NCBI GenBank assembly: GCA_965217115.1
Contig: OZ244239.1
Location: 1,632,001-1,696,000, forward strand
DNA: 64,000 bases
DNA from: Bdellovibrionales bacterium
Lineage (GTDB): Bacteria > Bdellovibrionota > Bdellovibrionia > Bdellovibrionales > CAYMLA01
Reading direction: 5' to 3'
The notes under the pieces are model-generated. The model did not search any database, was not told the DNA's origin, and was given only the letters and a program-made list of their open reading frames with translations. The translations under genes were made by a program, and so were the position numbers. Below, piece by piece: positions 10,470-21,138 of the stretch; position 1 is the stretch's first letter; every line of letters begins with the position of its first letter.

Positions 10470-10844
10470 ATGAGTTCTGATAATTCTCGCCGTAGGCGAC
10501 CAGCAACAGCCTCTGATGTCCTACAGAGTTTATTTTCAAATGGCAAGTCTCTATCGTCTCAGTTTAAGCGATGGAAGCTCTGGCGCAAATGGGAGGATAT
10601 CGTCGGAGAGACTATCGCAACCCATTCGGCCCCTGTGGGGTATAATGTGAAAGGAACGTTGTTTGTTTGGGTTGAGAGTTCTGTTTGGATGAATCAACTC
10701 CATTATATGCGTCCCCACATGATTGGAAATATTAATAGAGATATGGGAGATGGCTGGGTGAAGCGTATTCATTTTACCATGGATAAGAAGTCAGTCCCTT
10801 CTGTGAATGAATCGACGGAGTCTTTCCGCAATTTTTTAAAGTGA
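10470..10844 (+). CDS. DUF721 / DciA-family protein
   Basis: W..IVG..IA.H..P...GTLFVWV.SSVWM.QL pattern. Confidence 0.75.
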   Translation: MSSDNSRRRRPATASDVLQSLFSNGKSLSSQFKRWKLWRKWEDIVGETIATHSAPVGYNVKGTLFVWVESSVWMNQLHYMRPHMIGNINRDMGDGWVKRIHFTMDKKSVPSVNESTESFRNFLK

Positions 10845-11750
10845 TGTGAGATGTTTTTTACAGGTCCAATTTTCAATAAACTTTTTTGGAGATAATGGAA
10901 GACCTTTCCATAGAACTTCCCAGTGAAGATGTGCGGCTTGAACACGCCCTGTTGCTCCCGCTTTGCCAAGAATTTGTTGTGATGAGATATTCTGTCCTAC
11001 GGAAACGTTGATTTCAGATAAATGCATATAACGGGAGAAGATTCCTACTCCGTGATTAACAACTACAACACGCCCAGGAACGACCATGTGTTCAGCAAGA
11101 ACGATTTTCCCCTGTCCTATACTGCGAATAACAGTTCCTGTTCTGGCTCTAAGATCGACTCCAGAGTGATAGTAGCTGTAACCACTGGGAAGGGTTCTTG
11201 GAGATGCAAATGAGGACACTTCAATGGATTTTAGAGGTAGGGAGAAGCACTGGTCAGTCATTTTTATGAGAGGTCTCTCCCAGAGTAGGCCCATTTTTTT
11301 TCGTTCTGCCGCTTTTCTCGAATTTTGCTTTTGACTGACTTTTTTCCAAACAGCGGATGGCAGTCGTAAGGGCTTGGCTGTACTTAAAAGAGGCTTCTGT
11401 ATAGTGATATTTTTTTGAAACCAAACCCAATTGGATTTGGTTTCTTTCCAGTATCCTTTTAAAGTAACGGTAGAAGAGCTATGGAACCCAACGCTACCAA
11501 TGAATTTTTTTTTGAAGTTGACAAAACTCATGGATTTTCCGTTTAAAACAAGAGAGATGTGAGTTGAGAAGAGAGTGTCTGGGATGGTGAGAGAGAGAAT
11601 TTCTCCGACTTGCATGTTTTTTGGAACTTGCTTGAGCCATTGAGAGTGTTGTGTGAGTGATGGAAAGGGGTCTATAAGCCGTGGAAAAAATAAAATCCCC
11701 GATAAAAGAGAGAACATAAAGCTGGTTTCTATGATTATATTTTTTTTCAT
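10836..11750 (-). CDS. M23 family metallopeptidase (start reassigned to MKKNII)
   Basis: HSGVD, YMHLS, GATGRVQAAHLHW motifs; N-terminal hydrophobic segment. Confidence 0.88.
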   Translation of the reverse strand: MKKNIIIETSFMFSLLSGILFFPRLIDPFPSLTQHSQWLKQVPKNMQVGEILSLTIPDTLFSTHISLVLNGKSMSFVNFKKKFIGSVGFHSSSTVTLKGYWKETKSNWVWFQKNITIQKPLLSTAKPLRLPSAVWKKVSQKQNSRKAAERKKMGLLWERPLIKMTDQCFSLPLKSIEVSSFASPRTLPSGYSYYHSGVDLRARTGTVIRSIGQGKIVLAEHMVVPGRVVVVNHGVGIFSRYMHLSEINVSVGQNISSQQILGKAGATGRVQAAHLHWEVLWKGLPLSPKKFIENWTCKKHLTSL

Positions 11751-12050
11751 TGAATCTCGCAGATTGTTGTTTTTATTAAATATTAAAAAAAACCCCAGTG
11801 CAACTCTCTGTGAGCATTTATTTGTAATGTCCGTGTCATGAAAAAAAACAGATTCTATTGCGCCTTGAGCTTCCTTTGTCAAGAGTGTTACTGAAAAAAA
11901 ATAAAGCATGGTGTTTTGCGCTACAGAAAAGGCTTTTAGAGTGTCTTTAAATGATAAAAACAAAAGAAAATGTCGTTTTCTATTGATTAGTCTTTTTTTT
12001 CAGGCTTTAATGGGGGCAATTATATAAAGCTAACAACAAGAGGAGATCTT

Positions 12051-12326
12051 ATGAACAAAGCAGAGCTTATCGAAAAAGTAGCGAATTTAACTGACATGAC
12101 CAAAGCTGATACTGAGAGAATGTTGGATGCGACAGTTGATACTGTACGTAAAACAGTGAAAAAAGGTGATGATGTGAAACTTGTGGGTTTTGGAACATTC
12201 ACTAAAGCTAAACGTAAAGCTCGTTCTGGTCGTAATCCTCAAACTGGTGAAACTATTAAGATTCCAGCAGCCTGGTATCCTAAGTTTCGTCCTGGCACTG
12301 AATTTAAAACTTTAATTCGTGGTTAA
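12051..12326 (+). CDS. hup: HU family DNA-binding protein
   Basis: MNKAELI, VKLVGFGTF, GRNPQTGE; SD AGGAG. Confidence 0.96.
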   Translation: MNKAELIEKVANLTDMTKADTERMLDATVDTVRKTVKKGDDVKLVGFGTFTKAKRKARSGRNPQTGETIKIPAAWYPKFRPGTEFKTLIRG

Positions 12327-12378
12327 TTTTAGTTTTTTATTGAATTCTTAATTATATATTATAAGAAGACGATTAAAG

Positions 12379-12405
12379 AGGTTGGTTTTATGCCAACCTT
12401 TTTTT
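12379..12405 (+). terminator. Rho-independent terminator after HU gene
   Basis: AGGTTGG...CCAACCT hairpin followed by a T run. Confidence 0.75.
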
Positions 12406-12421
12406 GTATCAGGAGCATGAG

Positions 12422-13414
12422 ATGAATTCATTTAACTTTAAAACTTTAAAGAAAATAGGCGTTTACACCAGTGGGGGAGACGCTTCGGGGATGAACGCAG
12501 CTATTCGCTCGGTGGTGAGAGTGGCCATTTCTCAAGGTTTGGAAGTAGTGGGTGTTCGTCATGGTTATGGGGGGATGTTGGAGGGAGATATTATTCCCAT
12601 GGATTTACGATCGGTGGCTAATGTGATTCAGCGGGGGGGAACTCTTTTAAAGACAGGACGCTCTTCATTGTTTTTTCAAGAAGAGTCACGAATTCAGGCA
12701 GTGGAAGTTTTAAAAAGCCATGGTATAGAGGCTTTGATTTGTATTGGTGGTGATGGATCTATGCGTGGTGCCCGTTGTTTGTGGGAGGAGCATGGTATTC
12801 CAATAGTCTCTGTGCCAGCGACCATTGATAATGATGTTCCTTGTACTGAGACGACAGTGGGGTTTGATACATCTGTGAATACAGCTTTGGAGGCTATTGA
12901 CCGAATTCGTGATACGGCCTCTAGTCATGATCGTTTGTTTATTGTTGAGGTTATGGGGAGAGATTCAGGATTTATTGCTCTTGATGTCGGTTTAGCAGGT
13001 GGCGCTGAAGAGGTTTTTATTCCTGAGCATCCAACGAGTGTGGATCAAGCGATTGAACATATTAAACGTGGTTTAGTTAATGGAAAGATGAATAGTATTC
13101 TGATAACTGCTGAGGGGCAAAAAGTGGGGCGAGGCTATGATTTGGCTGAAGCTATCCGTAAAAAATCAGGACTTGAGGCAAAGGTTTGTATTTTAGGTCA
13201 TATTCAAAGAGGTGGGGCGCCGACGGCAGGGGATCGTATATTGGCGAGTCAAATGGGAGCTGCAGCGGTAACGACGTTGTGTGAAGGTTTTTGTGATGTT
13301 ATGATTGGGCGACAAAATGGTCAGTTTGTTAGGGTTCCTCTTGAAGAGGTTTTAGCCACAAAGAAAAGTATTTCAAAGGATTTAATAGAACTTATTCAGG
13401 TGTTATCAAATTGA
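12422..13414 (+). CDS. pfkA: ATP-dependent 6-phosphofructokinase
   Basis: TSGGD..GMNAAIR, IGGDGS, PATIDND, EVMGR, LGHIQRGG. Confidence 0.95.
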   Translation: MNSFNFKTLKKIGVYTSGGDASGMNAAIRSVVRVAISQGLEVVGVRHGYGGMLEGDIIPMDLRSVANVIQRGGTLLKTGRSSLFFQEESRIQAVEVLKSHGIEALICIGGDGSMRGARCLWEEHGIPIVSVPATIDNDVPCTETTVGFDTSVNTALEAIDRIRDTASSHDRLFIVEVMGRDSGFIALDVGLAGGAEEVFIPEHPTSVDQAIEHIKRGLVNGKMNSILITAEGQKVGRGYDLAEAIRKKSGLEAKVCILGHIQRGGAPTAGDRILASQMGAAAVTTLCEGFCDVMIGRQNGQFVRVPLEEVLATKKSISKDLIELIQVLSN

Positions 13415-13421
13415 GGGTGTG

Positions 13422-13850
13422 ATGGAAAAGGAAGTGTTTGAAAAAAATCCTGAAAGTCGTAATTACCACAAACATTGTGATGGTTCTGATCGGTGGTTGA
13501 GATCAGAGAGTGGTTATTTGGCTGGGGTTTGTGAGGGAATTTCTCGAACGTTGGGCGTTCCTCCATGGATTGTGAGGGTGGCTTGGTTAGTTGCCATTTT
13601 ATTTTTTGGAACAGGTGTTTTCTTTTATCTAGCTTTGGCGGTCTGTTTGCCAGAAGAGGGAAGATTGCATGAGGCGTATCAAACTAAAGTTTTAGGTGTT
13701 TGTCTGGGGCTAAGCCGCCGATTAGAGATTGAAGTAGGCGTGATACGTCTATTAGTTGTTTTACTTGGAGTTCTCTCTTTGGGATTGGTGGTCGTTGGCT
13801 ATTTTATGTTCTATTTTGTGACTAAAGTTTATAGGGGCAAACAGTATTAA
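13422..13850 (+). CDS. PspC domain protein (two PspC-like repeats)
   Basis: LAGVCEGI...VR and LGVCLGL...IR, each followed by a TM helix. Confidence 0.8.
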   Translation: MEKEVFEKNPESRNYHKHCDGSDRWLRSESGYLAGVCEGISRTLGVPPWIVRVAWLVAILFFGTGVFFYLALAVCLPEEGRLHEAYQTKVLGVCLGLSRRLEIEVGVIRLLVVLLGVLSLGLVVVGYFMFYFVTKVYRGKQY

Positions 13851-13855
13851 AGGTG

Positions 13856-14656
13856 TTAGTCATCTTTTGGCTTTAGAGAGCCAAATTTTTCTCGATAGGT
13901 TTTAAGTTGAGTTAGTTTACGAATGTTTTGCTGTAGAAGGGCCTCAAAAACCCCTAATTCTTTTTCAGTGGGAACATTATGTAAGAGCATTCTTCTAAAA
14001 GTGGTGTAAGCATTGATTTTTTTCTCCTCGATATTAAATCCCAAAATAGAAATCCAGCGGCGAATGGTTTGATCGGGAAAAAGGTGCGGATTATCGGGAA
14101 AAAGGTGAGGAGGAGAGAGCTCTTCAGTGTCTTCTTTGTCTTTATCAAAAAGCCCCCATGCTTGTCTCATAGTGTAGAGAGTGAGGAGTGTGGCTTGAGA
14201 GAGGTTGAGACTTTGGTTTTTTCCGTAGATAGGTATTTTACAGAAAAATTGGCAGTAGGCGACATCATCAGAACTGAGCCCAGAGTCTTCGGGACCAAAA
14301 ATAAAATAAGTGTGTTTGTTACGTTGTTCTTTGTATTCGGGAGTTTCTTCAATTTCTTGAAAAATATCGGGAAGAATTTTGACTTTGCGCTGTTGCCCTT
14401 CACGGGCTGTTAGAGCAATTTTAAGTCCATCGCCTTCTTGTTGGTAAAATTCGTCCCAATTATTGTATTCGATATGGTTGCGTAGAGGTTCTTGTCCTGT
14501 GGCAGCTGCCTGTCTAGCTTTGGAGTTGATTTCACATTGGCGACCGATGATAACTAAACGGTTTACGCCAAAATTGGTCATCGCTCTTGCGGTGGCGCCA
14601 ATGTTGCTGGGATAAATAGGGCGAACAAGTACAATGGAGACAGTTGTTTTTTTCAT
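13856..14656 (-). CDS. SPOUT RNA methyltransferase, TrmJ/TrmH family
   Basis: NIGATARAMTNFG, FGPEDSGL, SLNLSQA. Confidence 0.88.
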   Translation of the reverse strand: MKKTTVSIVLVRPIYPSNIGATARAMTNFGVNRLVIIGRQCEINSKARQAAATGQEPLRNHIEYNNWDEFYQQEGDGLKIALTAREGQQRKVKILPDIFQEIEETPEYKEQRNKHTYFIFGPEDSGLSSDDVAYCQFFCKIPIYGKNQSLNLSQATLLTLYTMRQAWGLFDKDKEDTEELSPPHLFPDNPHLFPDQTIRRWISILGFNIEEKKINAYTTFRRMLLHNVPTEKELGVFEALLQQNIRKLTQLKTYREKFGSLKPKDD

Positions 14657-16431
14657 AGTGAGTGAGCGAGTTTAAGACCATTTCTGATGGATATTTCTTT
14701 ATCGGGGTCTTGTTGGGTTATTTTTTCTAAGGAATCAACTAAGTGCTGCGACCACTCGGGTGGGTTTGTTGTATGGAGTGTGAGTTCATAGATTTCGAGA
14801 CGAGCCAGCCAATCTTGGGGAAAATCAGTGTCAAGTTCATCTAATGAAGATTTTAAAATAGACTCTTGAGAGTCCAAGTTGTTTGTAGCGCTTGCACTCT
14901 TGGTTCGAACGTCACGGATAACTTGGTAGATATTATGTAGCTGTTGCTGCTTATTTGTGTATTGACGGGGACGGAGAGTTTTAACAGGAGGTGGTTGAAG
15001 CGAAGAGGTGTAGGAGTCAGAGTCGGCAGGGCCACTGTAAACAGAGGAGATATTTTGGCCGAGGGCCATGTCAAAAACCCCCCATTCTGGTTGAAAGAGA
15101 ATTTGATCTTTGTAGCTGACGGAGCATTGCTCAAAGGAGAGGATGAGTAGAGTGTTATTTTTTTTAAGTTTGTTTTTAAGGATACCAGAAACTTGAATAC
15201 CTGATTCAAAATCAAGAAAAATATTTTTCTCCTCGATAAGACCGAGTTTTTCTAATAAATCTACAGGTGCTTTTGAAAGGCATTGAGGGTGGTTTTTTAT
15301 CAATCCAATGGGAGTGCTATAGCCGTGTTGGTGGTATTGAGAGTCGTGGCCCCCTAGTTGTTTATTTTCATAACAAATTTGCGTGGGGCCTTCAAATCGA
15401 AAATAGATAGGTTGATCGTCTTGTTTGAGAAAGTCGACGAGTTTTCCAGATATTTGTAAACCGGTGTTTAGTTCCACTGTATTTATGGATTGAGCGCGTT
15501 GGGCTTCTTCTAATCCCCGTAGGCCGCCGCACGTAAAGGCCATTTTTTCTTTCAAGTCATTGAGGATTTTTGTGAGAGTTTTAAAATCGGGTGTAATAAA
15601 AAGTTGTGGTTGAGGTTCTGTAATATCATAGGCATATTGAAGACAGTCTATAGAAAGGCTGATTTTTTTGACATTTTGTTTTAAACAATCGCGAGATTCT
15701 CCTATGGAGGAGAGCAGGCCAGCTCCAAAGATCTTAGGATTCTCAGTGGAGCCAATCAGGCCGTATTCAGCTGTCCACCAGTTCATACGACTAAGAAGAG
15801 CTGCTTCAGAGATGTATGAGATGTTTTTTGTGATAAAAATAAGATTATCTTCAGCTTGTTTAATTTCTTCGAGTGTTGAGTTAGGATTTTCTTTTAAGTC
15901 TGAAAGAATTCGAATAGCGTCGTATTGTTTTAAGTCTTCGCAGCTAATAAGAGCCTTTTTGGATACTTGAGCATAGTCTTTTAAGTATTTAGCGTATTCA
16001 GGGTTAGAAATAATAGGTGCATGTCCTGCGGCTTCGTGAATAATATCGGGAGATGGAGTGTAATGAATATGATCGAGAGTTCTCATTTCTGCAGCAATGG
16101 GAAGGTAGCCCAATGATTGTAGTTCCATAAAAACAGAAGGGGGTATGAAGCCACTGACAGGAACAGCTTGCCAGCCAAATTTTTTTAGAGCCTTGCTTAT
16201 ATTCTCAACACGTGGAATTTCTTCGGTATCAATTCCTGTTTTTTTCAGACCCTCTTCGTAGGATTCATGGGCGTGAATAGTTAAATAATTTTTTAATTGT
16301 CTTAGTATGTAACGCCAAACAGCTTGATCGATTGGTGTGTAACGAGAGTAGTCCTGAGCGACAACAAATTTTCGCAATCGAAGAGGTAGCTCTTCGTAGT
16401 CCGTGGAAAGTTTTTGTTCTGATGTGGTCAT
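14653..16431 (-). CDS. phhA: Long-form aromatic amino acid (phenylalanine-4-) hydroxylase
   Basis: YTPSPDIIHEAAGH, WWTAEYGL, FGAGLLSSIGE, YDITEPQPQLF plus long C-terminal extension. Confidence 0.9.
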   Translation of the reverse strand: MTTSEQKLSTDYEELPLRLRKFVVAQDYSRYTPIDQAVWRYILRQLKNYLTIHAHESYEEGLKKTGIDTEEIPRVENISKALKKFGWQAVPVSGFIPPSVFMELQSLGYLPIAAEMRTLDHIHYTPSPDIIHEAAGHAPIISNPEYAKYLKDYAQVSKKALISCEDLKQYDAIRILSDLKENPNSTLEEIKQAEDNLIFITKNISYISEAALLSRMNWWTAEYGLIGSTENPKIFGAGLLSSIGESRDCLKQNVKKISLSIDCLQYAYDITEPQPQLFITPDFKTLTKILNDLKEKMAFTCGGLRGLEEAQRAQSINTVELNTGLQISGKLVDFLKQDDQPIYFRFEGPTQICYENKQLGGHDSQYHQHGYSTPIGLIKNHPQCLSKAPVDLLEKLGLIEEKNIFLDFESGIQVSGILKNKLKKNNTLLILSFEQCSVSYKDQILFQPEWGVFDMALGQNISSVYSGPADSDSYTSSLQPPPVKTLRPRQYTNKQQQLHNIYQVIRDVRTKSASATNNLDSQESILKSSLDELDTDFPQDWLARLEIYELTLHTTNPPEWSQHLVDSLEKITQQDPDKEISIRNGLKLAHSL

Positions 16432-17447
16432 CTTTGAGTTATTTCCTTGGACAGTAGTGCTTGATTTTTGTTTAGGTGATTCTTAATGTAGTCTTCGATG
16501 GATTTTTCTAAAGGCCATTGAGGAGCTGAAATTCCTTGGTTTTTGAGTTTATTTATGTTGGCTTTTGTGTAGTATTGATAGCGTTCGCGGATATCTGTGG
16601 GAATATCTATCCAATCAATGTTTATGTCTTGCTTCAGCAAGCTGTCAAAGATGCAAGTTGCTAGATCAAGCCATGTTCGAGCTTGTCCAAAACCTAAATT
16701 ATAAATACCTGATTGAGCTTGCCCATCAAGCAATTCAACAACCCAACGGGAAATATCTTTAACATAAACAAAATCTCGCATTTGTTCACCATCAGCATAA
16801 TTATCTCTATGGGATTTGAACAGCTGTAAAGACTGTCTGTCTTTGATCTGATGGAAGGCTTTAAAGACAACGCTGGCCATGTCGTCTTTGTGATATTCGT
16901 TGGGGCCAAAGACGTTGAAAAAGCGCAGACCATACCAGTTGGGGGGGGTGTGAGTTTGTTTGCTAGCCCAACGATCGGATTTGACTTTAGACTCTCCATA
17001 GGGATTGAGAGGCTGTAGTTTTTCGGAGTCGAGAGTGTCGTCAAACCCTAGGTTTCCATCGCCGTAGGTGGCGGCACTGCTTGCGTAGATATAGGGGATA
17101 CTTTGATCAGCACACCAGGAGAACAGGCGATTGGTGTATTGAGTGTTGTTTTCTTCAAGAAAGTCGGTGTCCATTTCAGTTGTTGAGGAGCAGGCCCCCA
17201 TGTGAATAATGGCCTGGATAGTTGAATTGGGTTCAGAGTTTGGCTGGGCTTTTTTATGTAGGCTCTCTTCAAGGTAGGACCAAATTTCGTCTTTTAGGAG
17301 AAATTTATCGTAGTGAAGGCCCTTTAGAAGATTGCGAGTCTCAAGTCCTACGGAATCAATACAGACAATATTTGTGCGATTTTGCTGATTGAGCTCCCAC
17401 ACGATGGCACTACCAATAAATCCGTTTGCTCCCGTAACTAAAATCAT
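16428..17447 (-). CDS. hldD: ADP-L-glycero-D-manno-heptose 6-epimerase
   Basis: VTGANGFIGS, HMGACSSTTE, YASSAATYG, YGESK, FFNVFGPNEYHK. Confidence 0.93.
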   Translation of the reverse strand: MILVTGANGFIGSAIVWELNQQNRTNIVCIDSVGLETRNLLKGLHYDKFLLKDEIWSYLEESLHKKAQPNSEPNSTIQAIIHMGACSSTTEMDTDFLEENNTQYTNRLFSWCADQSIPYIYASSAATYGDGNLGFDDTLDSEKLQPLNPYGESKVKSDRWASKQTHTPPNWYGLRFFNVFGPNEYHKDDMASVVFKAFHQIKDRQSLQLFKSHRDNYADGEQMRDFVYVKDISRWVVELLDGQAQSGIYNLGFGQARTWLDLATCIFDSLLKQDINIDWIDIPTDIRERYQYYTKANINKLKNQGISAPQWPLEKSIEDYIKNHLNKNQALLSKEITQR

Positions 17448-17586
17448 GGCTGAATCCTATATCAATCTATTTGATTTAGCAATTAAGAAGGTTATTGTCT
17501 GTTAAATCACTACTCAGGCTCAAGGTCACTTCTCTAAGTAGAAAAGACTACTTCTACGGTCTAAATTCTGCTAATAGAAATAAGCT

Positions 17587-18579
17587 ATGATGGAACGTTT
17601 ATCTATGTTGGTTATTTTATTGATTGTTCTTGCAGGGCAGGGGGCTTTTTTAGGTTCTCTAGGGAGTTTTTTACAGAGCAACAGTGAAATTATTTCGATC
17701 TTAGGTTGGCAGAAAAGCCATGTTCAGAAGATTGATTGGAAGGAGATCAACCGTCAAGTTCGTGAAGAGGAAGGGCCTCGTAGCACGGTTTTTCCCCTAT
17801 GGGCTTATGCAAGTCATGTGCAAGATCCTGAGAATTTAGAAGTGGGTGTGGAATCGGGTGAGGTTTCTGTGGGTAGGCCCTATGTTTGGTTGCGAGTAAA
17901 GGGTTTCTATCGACGAACTTGTCAACAGATACGTCAGGGGTTGAAGCCAGGATCGATGACAGTCTTAGATTTACGAGGCAATCGTGGAGGGCTGGTGAGT
18001 GTGGCTCACTGTGTGATGGAACTCTTTGTCCCTAGGGGAACAAAGCTTTGGAGTTATCGAGATTATCAAACGGGTGAAAGTGTGAGAGTTTTTCTGGCCG
18101 CGCGGAGGATGTTGAGTGCTGATCCTTTGGTTGTTCTTGTAGATGGGCAAACAGCCTCCGTGGCTGAGGTTATGGCAGGTTCCTTGGGTGAATTAAAAAG
18201 AGCTGAGATTGTGGGACGACGTACACAGGGCAAGGGAACGGTTCAAGTTGGATATATGGACTCTAGATGGCGGGGAAGCGTGCATTATCAGACCCGGTAT
18301 CTCTTTGTTTTGCCTTCGGGAAAAGGGTTTCAGTTTCAAGGATGGCAGCCAAGTGTATTGGTTGAAGGTTTTTCATTGAGAGGAAAAGGGGAGAGAGAGG
18401 CTTACAGGGAACATGCTCAATTGGCAGAGAAGCTCTCTGAGTGGAATGATGGTAAAAAATCCAATCTCTCTAAGAGTTCTTCTTGTACCGTGACAAGTTA
18501 TGATAAGACTCAGCCTTATATGTTAGAGGGCTTGTTAAAGAGCGTGCTTGATTGTCAAAATAAGAAAGGCGAGGGATGA
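17587..18579 (+). CDS. S41 family peptidase
   Basis: LDLRGNRGG, TASVAE, GRRTQGKG. Confidence 0.8.
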   Translation: MMERLSMLVILLIVLAGQGAFLGSLGSFLQSNSEIISILGWQKSHVQKIDWKEINRQVREEEGPRSTVFPLWAYASHVQDPENLEVGVESGEVSVGRPYVWLRVKGFYRRTCQQIRQGLKPGSMTVLDLRGNRGGLVSVAHCVMELFVPRGTKLWSYRDYQTGESVRVFLAARRMLSADPLVVLVDGQTASVAEVMAGSLGELKRAEIVGRRTQGKGTVQVGYMDSRWRGSVHYQTRYLFVLPSGKGFQFQGWQPSVLVEGFSLRGKGEREAYREHAQLAEKLSEWNDGKKSNLSKSSSCTVTSYDKTQPYMLEGLLKSVLDCQNKKGEG

Positions 18580-19253
18580 TTAAAACAAATTTATTTCATT
18601 GTGAATTTATCAGAGCAAAGCGCTCTTCTTCGAGAAACTTGATGATTGTTTTACATGGTCGAGGGGATAGTTTAAAACCTTTTAGGGGTTTTTCTGGAGA
18701 GTTAAAGTTGCCAGAAATGAATTTACTTTTACTCAATGGCCCCCGTCGTTATGCAGGGGGGTATTCTTGGTATTCTCTTGAAAAAAACAAGTCTAAACAT
18801 GTGCGTCAAGTTAGAGAGGATTTGTTTTTACTCCTAGAGGAATTAGAAATTCAGGGTTGGAAATCAAAGAATATATTTCTTTTTGGCTTTTCCCAGGGAT
18901 GCTTGGTCGCTTGTGATTTTGCGATGAATTACTCTAAAACCTTGGGGGGAGTCATAGGGGTGAGTGGTTATTTCCATTTTCCACCAAATTGGCGTGCCCG
19001 TTTGTCTCAGGAGGCCAAAATGACACCCTGGTTAATTACCCATGGTCGTCAGGATGATGTTTTATCTGTGGATGAAACACGTGAGGGAGTTTGTAGGTTG
19101 AGGCGTGCAGGGATTTCAGTTCGTTGGTTAGAGATGGATAAAGAGCATGTGATTGCAGATGGGGAACTGCCTGTTATGCGCCACTGGGTGCGTTATTACA
19201 TAGAGAGGCCTCGATCTTCTCTGCGAGAGGCGGTTATTCCTCTGATGAGTTAG
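18576..19253 (+). CDS. Phospholipase/carboxylesterase (alpha/beta hydrolase)
   Basis: LHGRG, GFSQG, HGRQDDV, downstream His. Confidence 0.88.
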   Translation: MIKTNLFHCEFIRAKRSSSRNLMIVLHGRGDSLKPFRGFSGELKLPEMNLLLLNGPRRYAGGYSWYSLEKNKSKHVRQVREDLFLLLEELEIQGWKSKNIFLFGFSQGCLVACDFAMNYSKTLGGVIGVSGYFHFPPNWRARLSQEAKMTPWLITHGRQDDVLSVDETREGVCRLRRAGISVRWLEMDKEHVIADGELPVMRHWVRYYIERPRSSLREAVIPLMS

Positions 19254-19434
19254 AGGTGTTGTGTTTCTGTCACATTTCCTTTAAAGCACGCTTAGGTGGC
19301 GGACCTTTTTTATGATGGAAATTCAATGTGTACAGGGAGTTAGGATTGAGTTAAAGTTCTGTTTCTTTGGATAAGCAGCATACGAACAACACCAAAACCA
19401 TTGAAAAAGAAAATATTTATTAAGGAGAATTATT

Positions 19435-21120
19435 ATGAAAGAGACATTAGGTTTTTTGTTGCTCACTTTATCGATCAACTTATGGTCGGGTTCGGTTCAT
19501 GCTTCTCTTGCAGGACTTCCCCAAGCGGCAAAAGAGGCTGATCGCAGTGCAACTTTGAATCTTTATGGTTCGAGCTATCCGAAAACATTGAATCCAGTTA
19601 TTTCATCCACACTTTTGGAGACGACTATTTTGGATTCGATTTTTGAAAGTCTAATGATTCAAGATTTAGATACGGGTGAAATAGAATGTTATCTCTGTAC
19701 AGAGTATAAGTACAGTAAGGACAAAAAATCTGTGACGTTTACTTTGCGTAGAGATGCAAAATTCCATGACGGGAAGCCTTTGACGGCGGAAGATGTGATT
19801 TTTTCTTTTAAAGTTTACATGCACCCTAAGGTGGATAATCTAAATAGAAAATCTCCTCTCTTAGCTACGGTGAAGAGAGTTGAAAAGCTGGGAAAGTACA
19901 AACTAAAAGTTTATTTCAAGGCTGTTCGTTTCAATAATATTATCGGTACAAGTATATATGTTATTCCGAGACACCGTCTCTCCTACTTTGAAAAAAGCCC
20001 AGAGAAGTTTAATAAAGATCAAAAATTTGGTCGTAACCCCATGGGTTCTGGGCCATATAGATTTAAAAAATGGCGAGCAGGTAAGTACGTAGAGATTGTT
20101 CGTAATGATGATTGGTGGGGTTTTAAAGACCCCCGTTTTAAGAACACCTATAATTTTAAGAAAGTTCGATTTAAAATCGTTACAAACGACAACGTAGCTA
20201 TACAGGCTTTTCGTAAGGGAGAGTTTGATTTCATGGGACTCGCATCTTATAATTTTACGGCTTTAAAAGAAGACCTTGCCAGGGGTGAGAAGCTAAAGGT
20301 AAGTCCCCTTCACTTCATACCCAAGATCAGTACATCATTTATGTTTATTTCTTGGAACAGTCGTAAACCAAAGTTTAAAGATGCTAAGACGAGATTGGCA
20401 TTGACGTTATTGACCAATCGCTTTGAGGCGTTGAAAAAGTTCTCTAAGGGTTTAAGACCTCCCACCAACGGCCCCTGGGGAATAAACTCACCCTTTTCTT
20501 GTCCTGAGAAAAAATGTCCTGTTCCTAAATTTGATCCTAAAAAGGCTCAAAAGCTATTGGCAGAAGCTGGTTGGAGAGACTCTGACGGCGATGGAGTTTT
20601 AGATCGCACTGTTGATGGGAAAAAACAAAAATTATCTTTTAGTATTTTAGCTTCTCAGGGAGATTACTATAAAAACGTTCTTGGTGTTTATATGACCGAG
20701 ATGAAGAAGGCTGGAATAGATGTTAAAGCGAAGCAAATGGATTGGACGGCGTTGATTAAGCAAGTAGATGATTTAAAATTCGATTCTTATTTTTCGGGTT
20801 TTTCTCAGAGCTACCCTATATCTCCAAGGTCACTGTGGCACTCGTCAAACACTAAAAAAACAGGTTCTAATAGCTGGAACTTTGTCAGTAAAGAGGCCGA
20901 CAAACTGATTGATCAATTTGAAAAGGAGTTTGACACCAAGAAACGTCAAAAAATCGGTCAAAAGATACATGAAATAATTTACAGGGAACAACCTGTGATC
21001 TTTCATCATGAGGGTGGAGGATGTTATTTTGGTATTAACAAAAAGCTAAAAGGTGTGACTAAGTCTGATTACAGTGATAATTGCCTTTATTGGCCCCGTT
21101 GGTACAAAGCCAAGAAGTAA
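19435..21120 (+). CDS. Oligopeptide/dipeptide ABC transporter substrate-binding protein (family 5)
   Basis: KFHDGKPLTAEDVIFS, PMGSGPY, LAEAGWRDSDGDG; signal peptide. Confidence 0.92.
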   Translation: MKETLGFLLLTLSINLWSGSVHASLAGLPQAAKEADRSATLNLYGSSYPKTLNPVISSTLLETTILDSIFESLMIQDLDTGEIECYLCTEYKYSKDKKSVTFTLRRDAKFHDGKPLTAEDVIFSFKVYMHPKVDNLNRKSPLLATVKRVEKLGKYKLKVYFKAVRFNNIIGTSIYVIPRHRLSYFEKSPEKFNKDQKFGRNPMGSGPYRFKKWRAGKYVEIVRNDDWWGFKDPRFKNTYNFKKVRFKIVTNDNVAIQAFRKGEFDFMGLASYNFTALKEDLARGEKLKVSPLHFIPKISTSFMFISWNSRKPKFKDAKTRLALTLLTNRFEALKKFSKGLRPPTNGPWGINSPFSCPEKKCPVPKFDPKKAQKLLAEAGWRDSDGDGVLDRTVDGKKQKLSFSILASQGDYYKNVLGVYMTEMKKAGIDVKAKQMDWTALIKQVDDLKFDSYFSGFSQSYPISPRSLWHSSNTKKTGSNSWNFVSKEADKLIDQFEKEFDTKKRQKIGQKIHEIIYREQPVIFHHEGGGCYFGINKKLKGVTKSDYSDNCLYWPRWYKAKK

Positions 21121-21138
21121 AAGAGGGTTTTTTAACTT

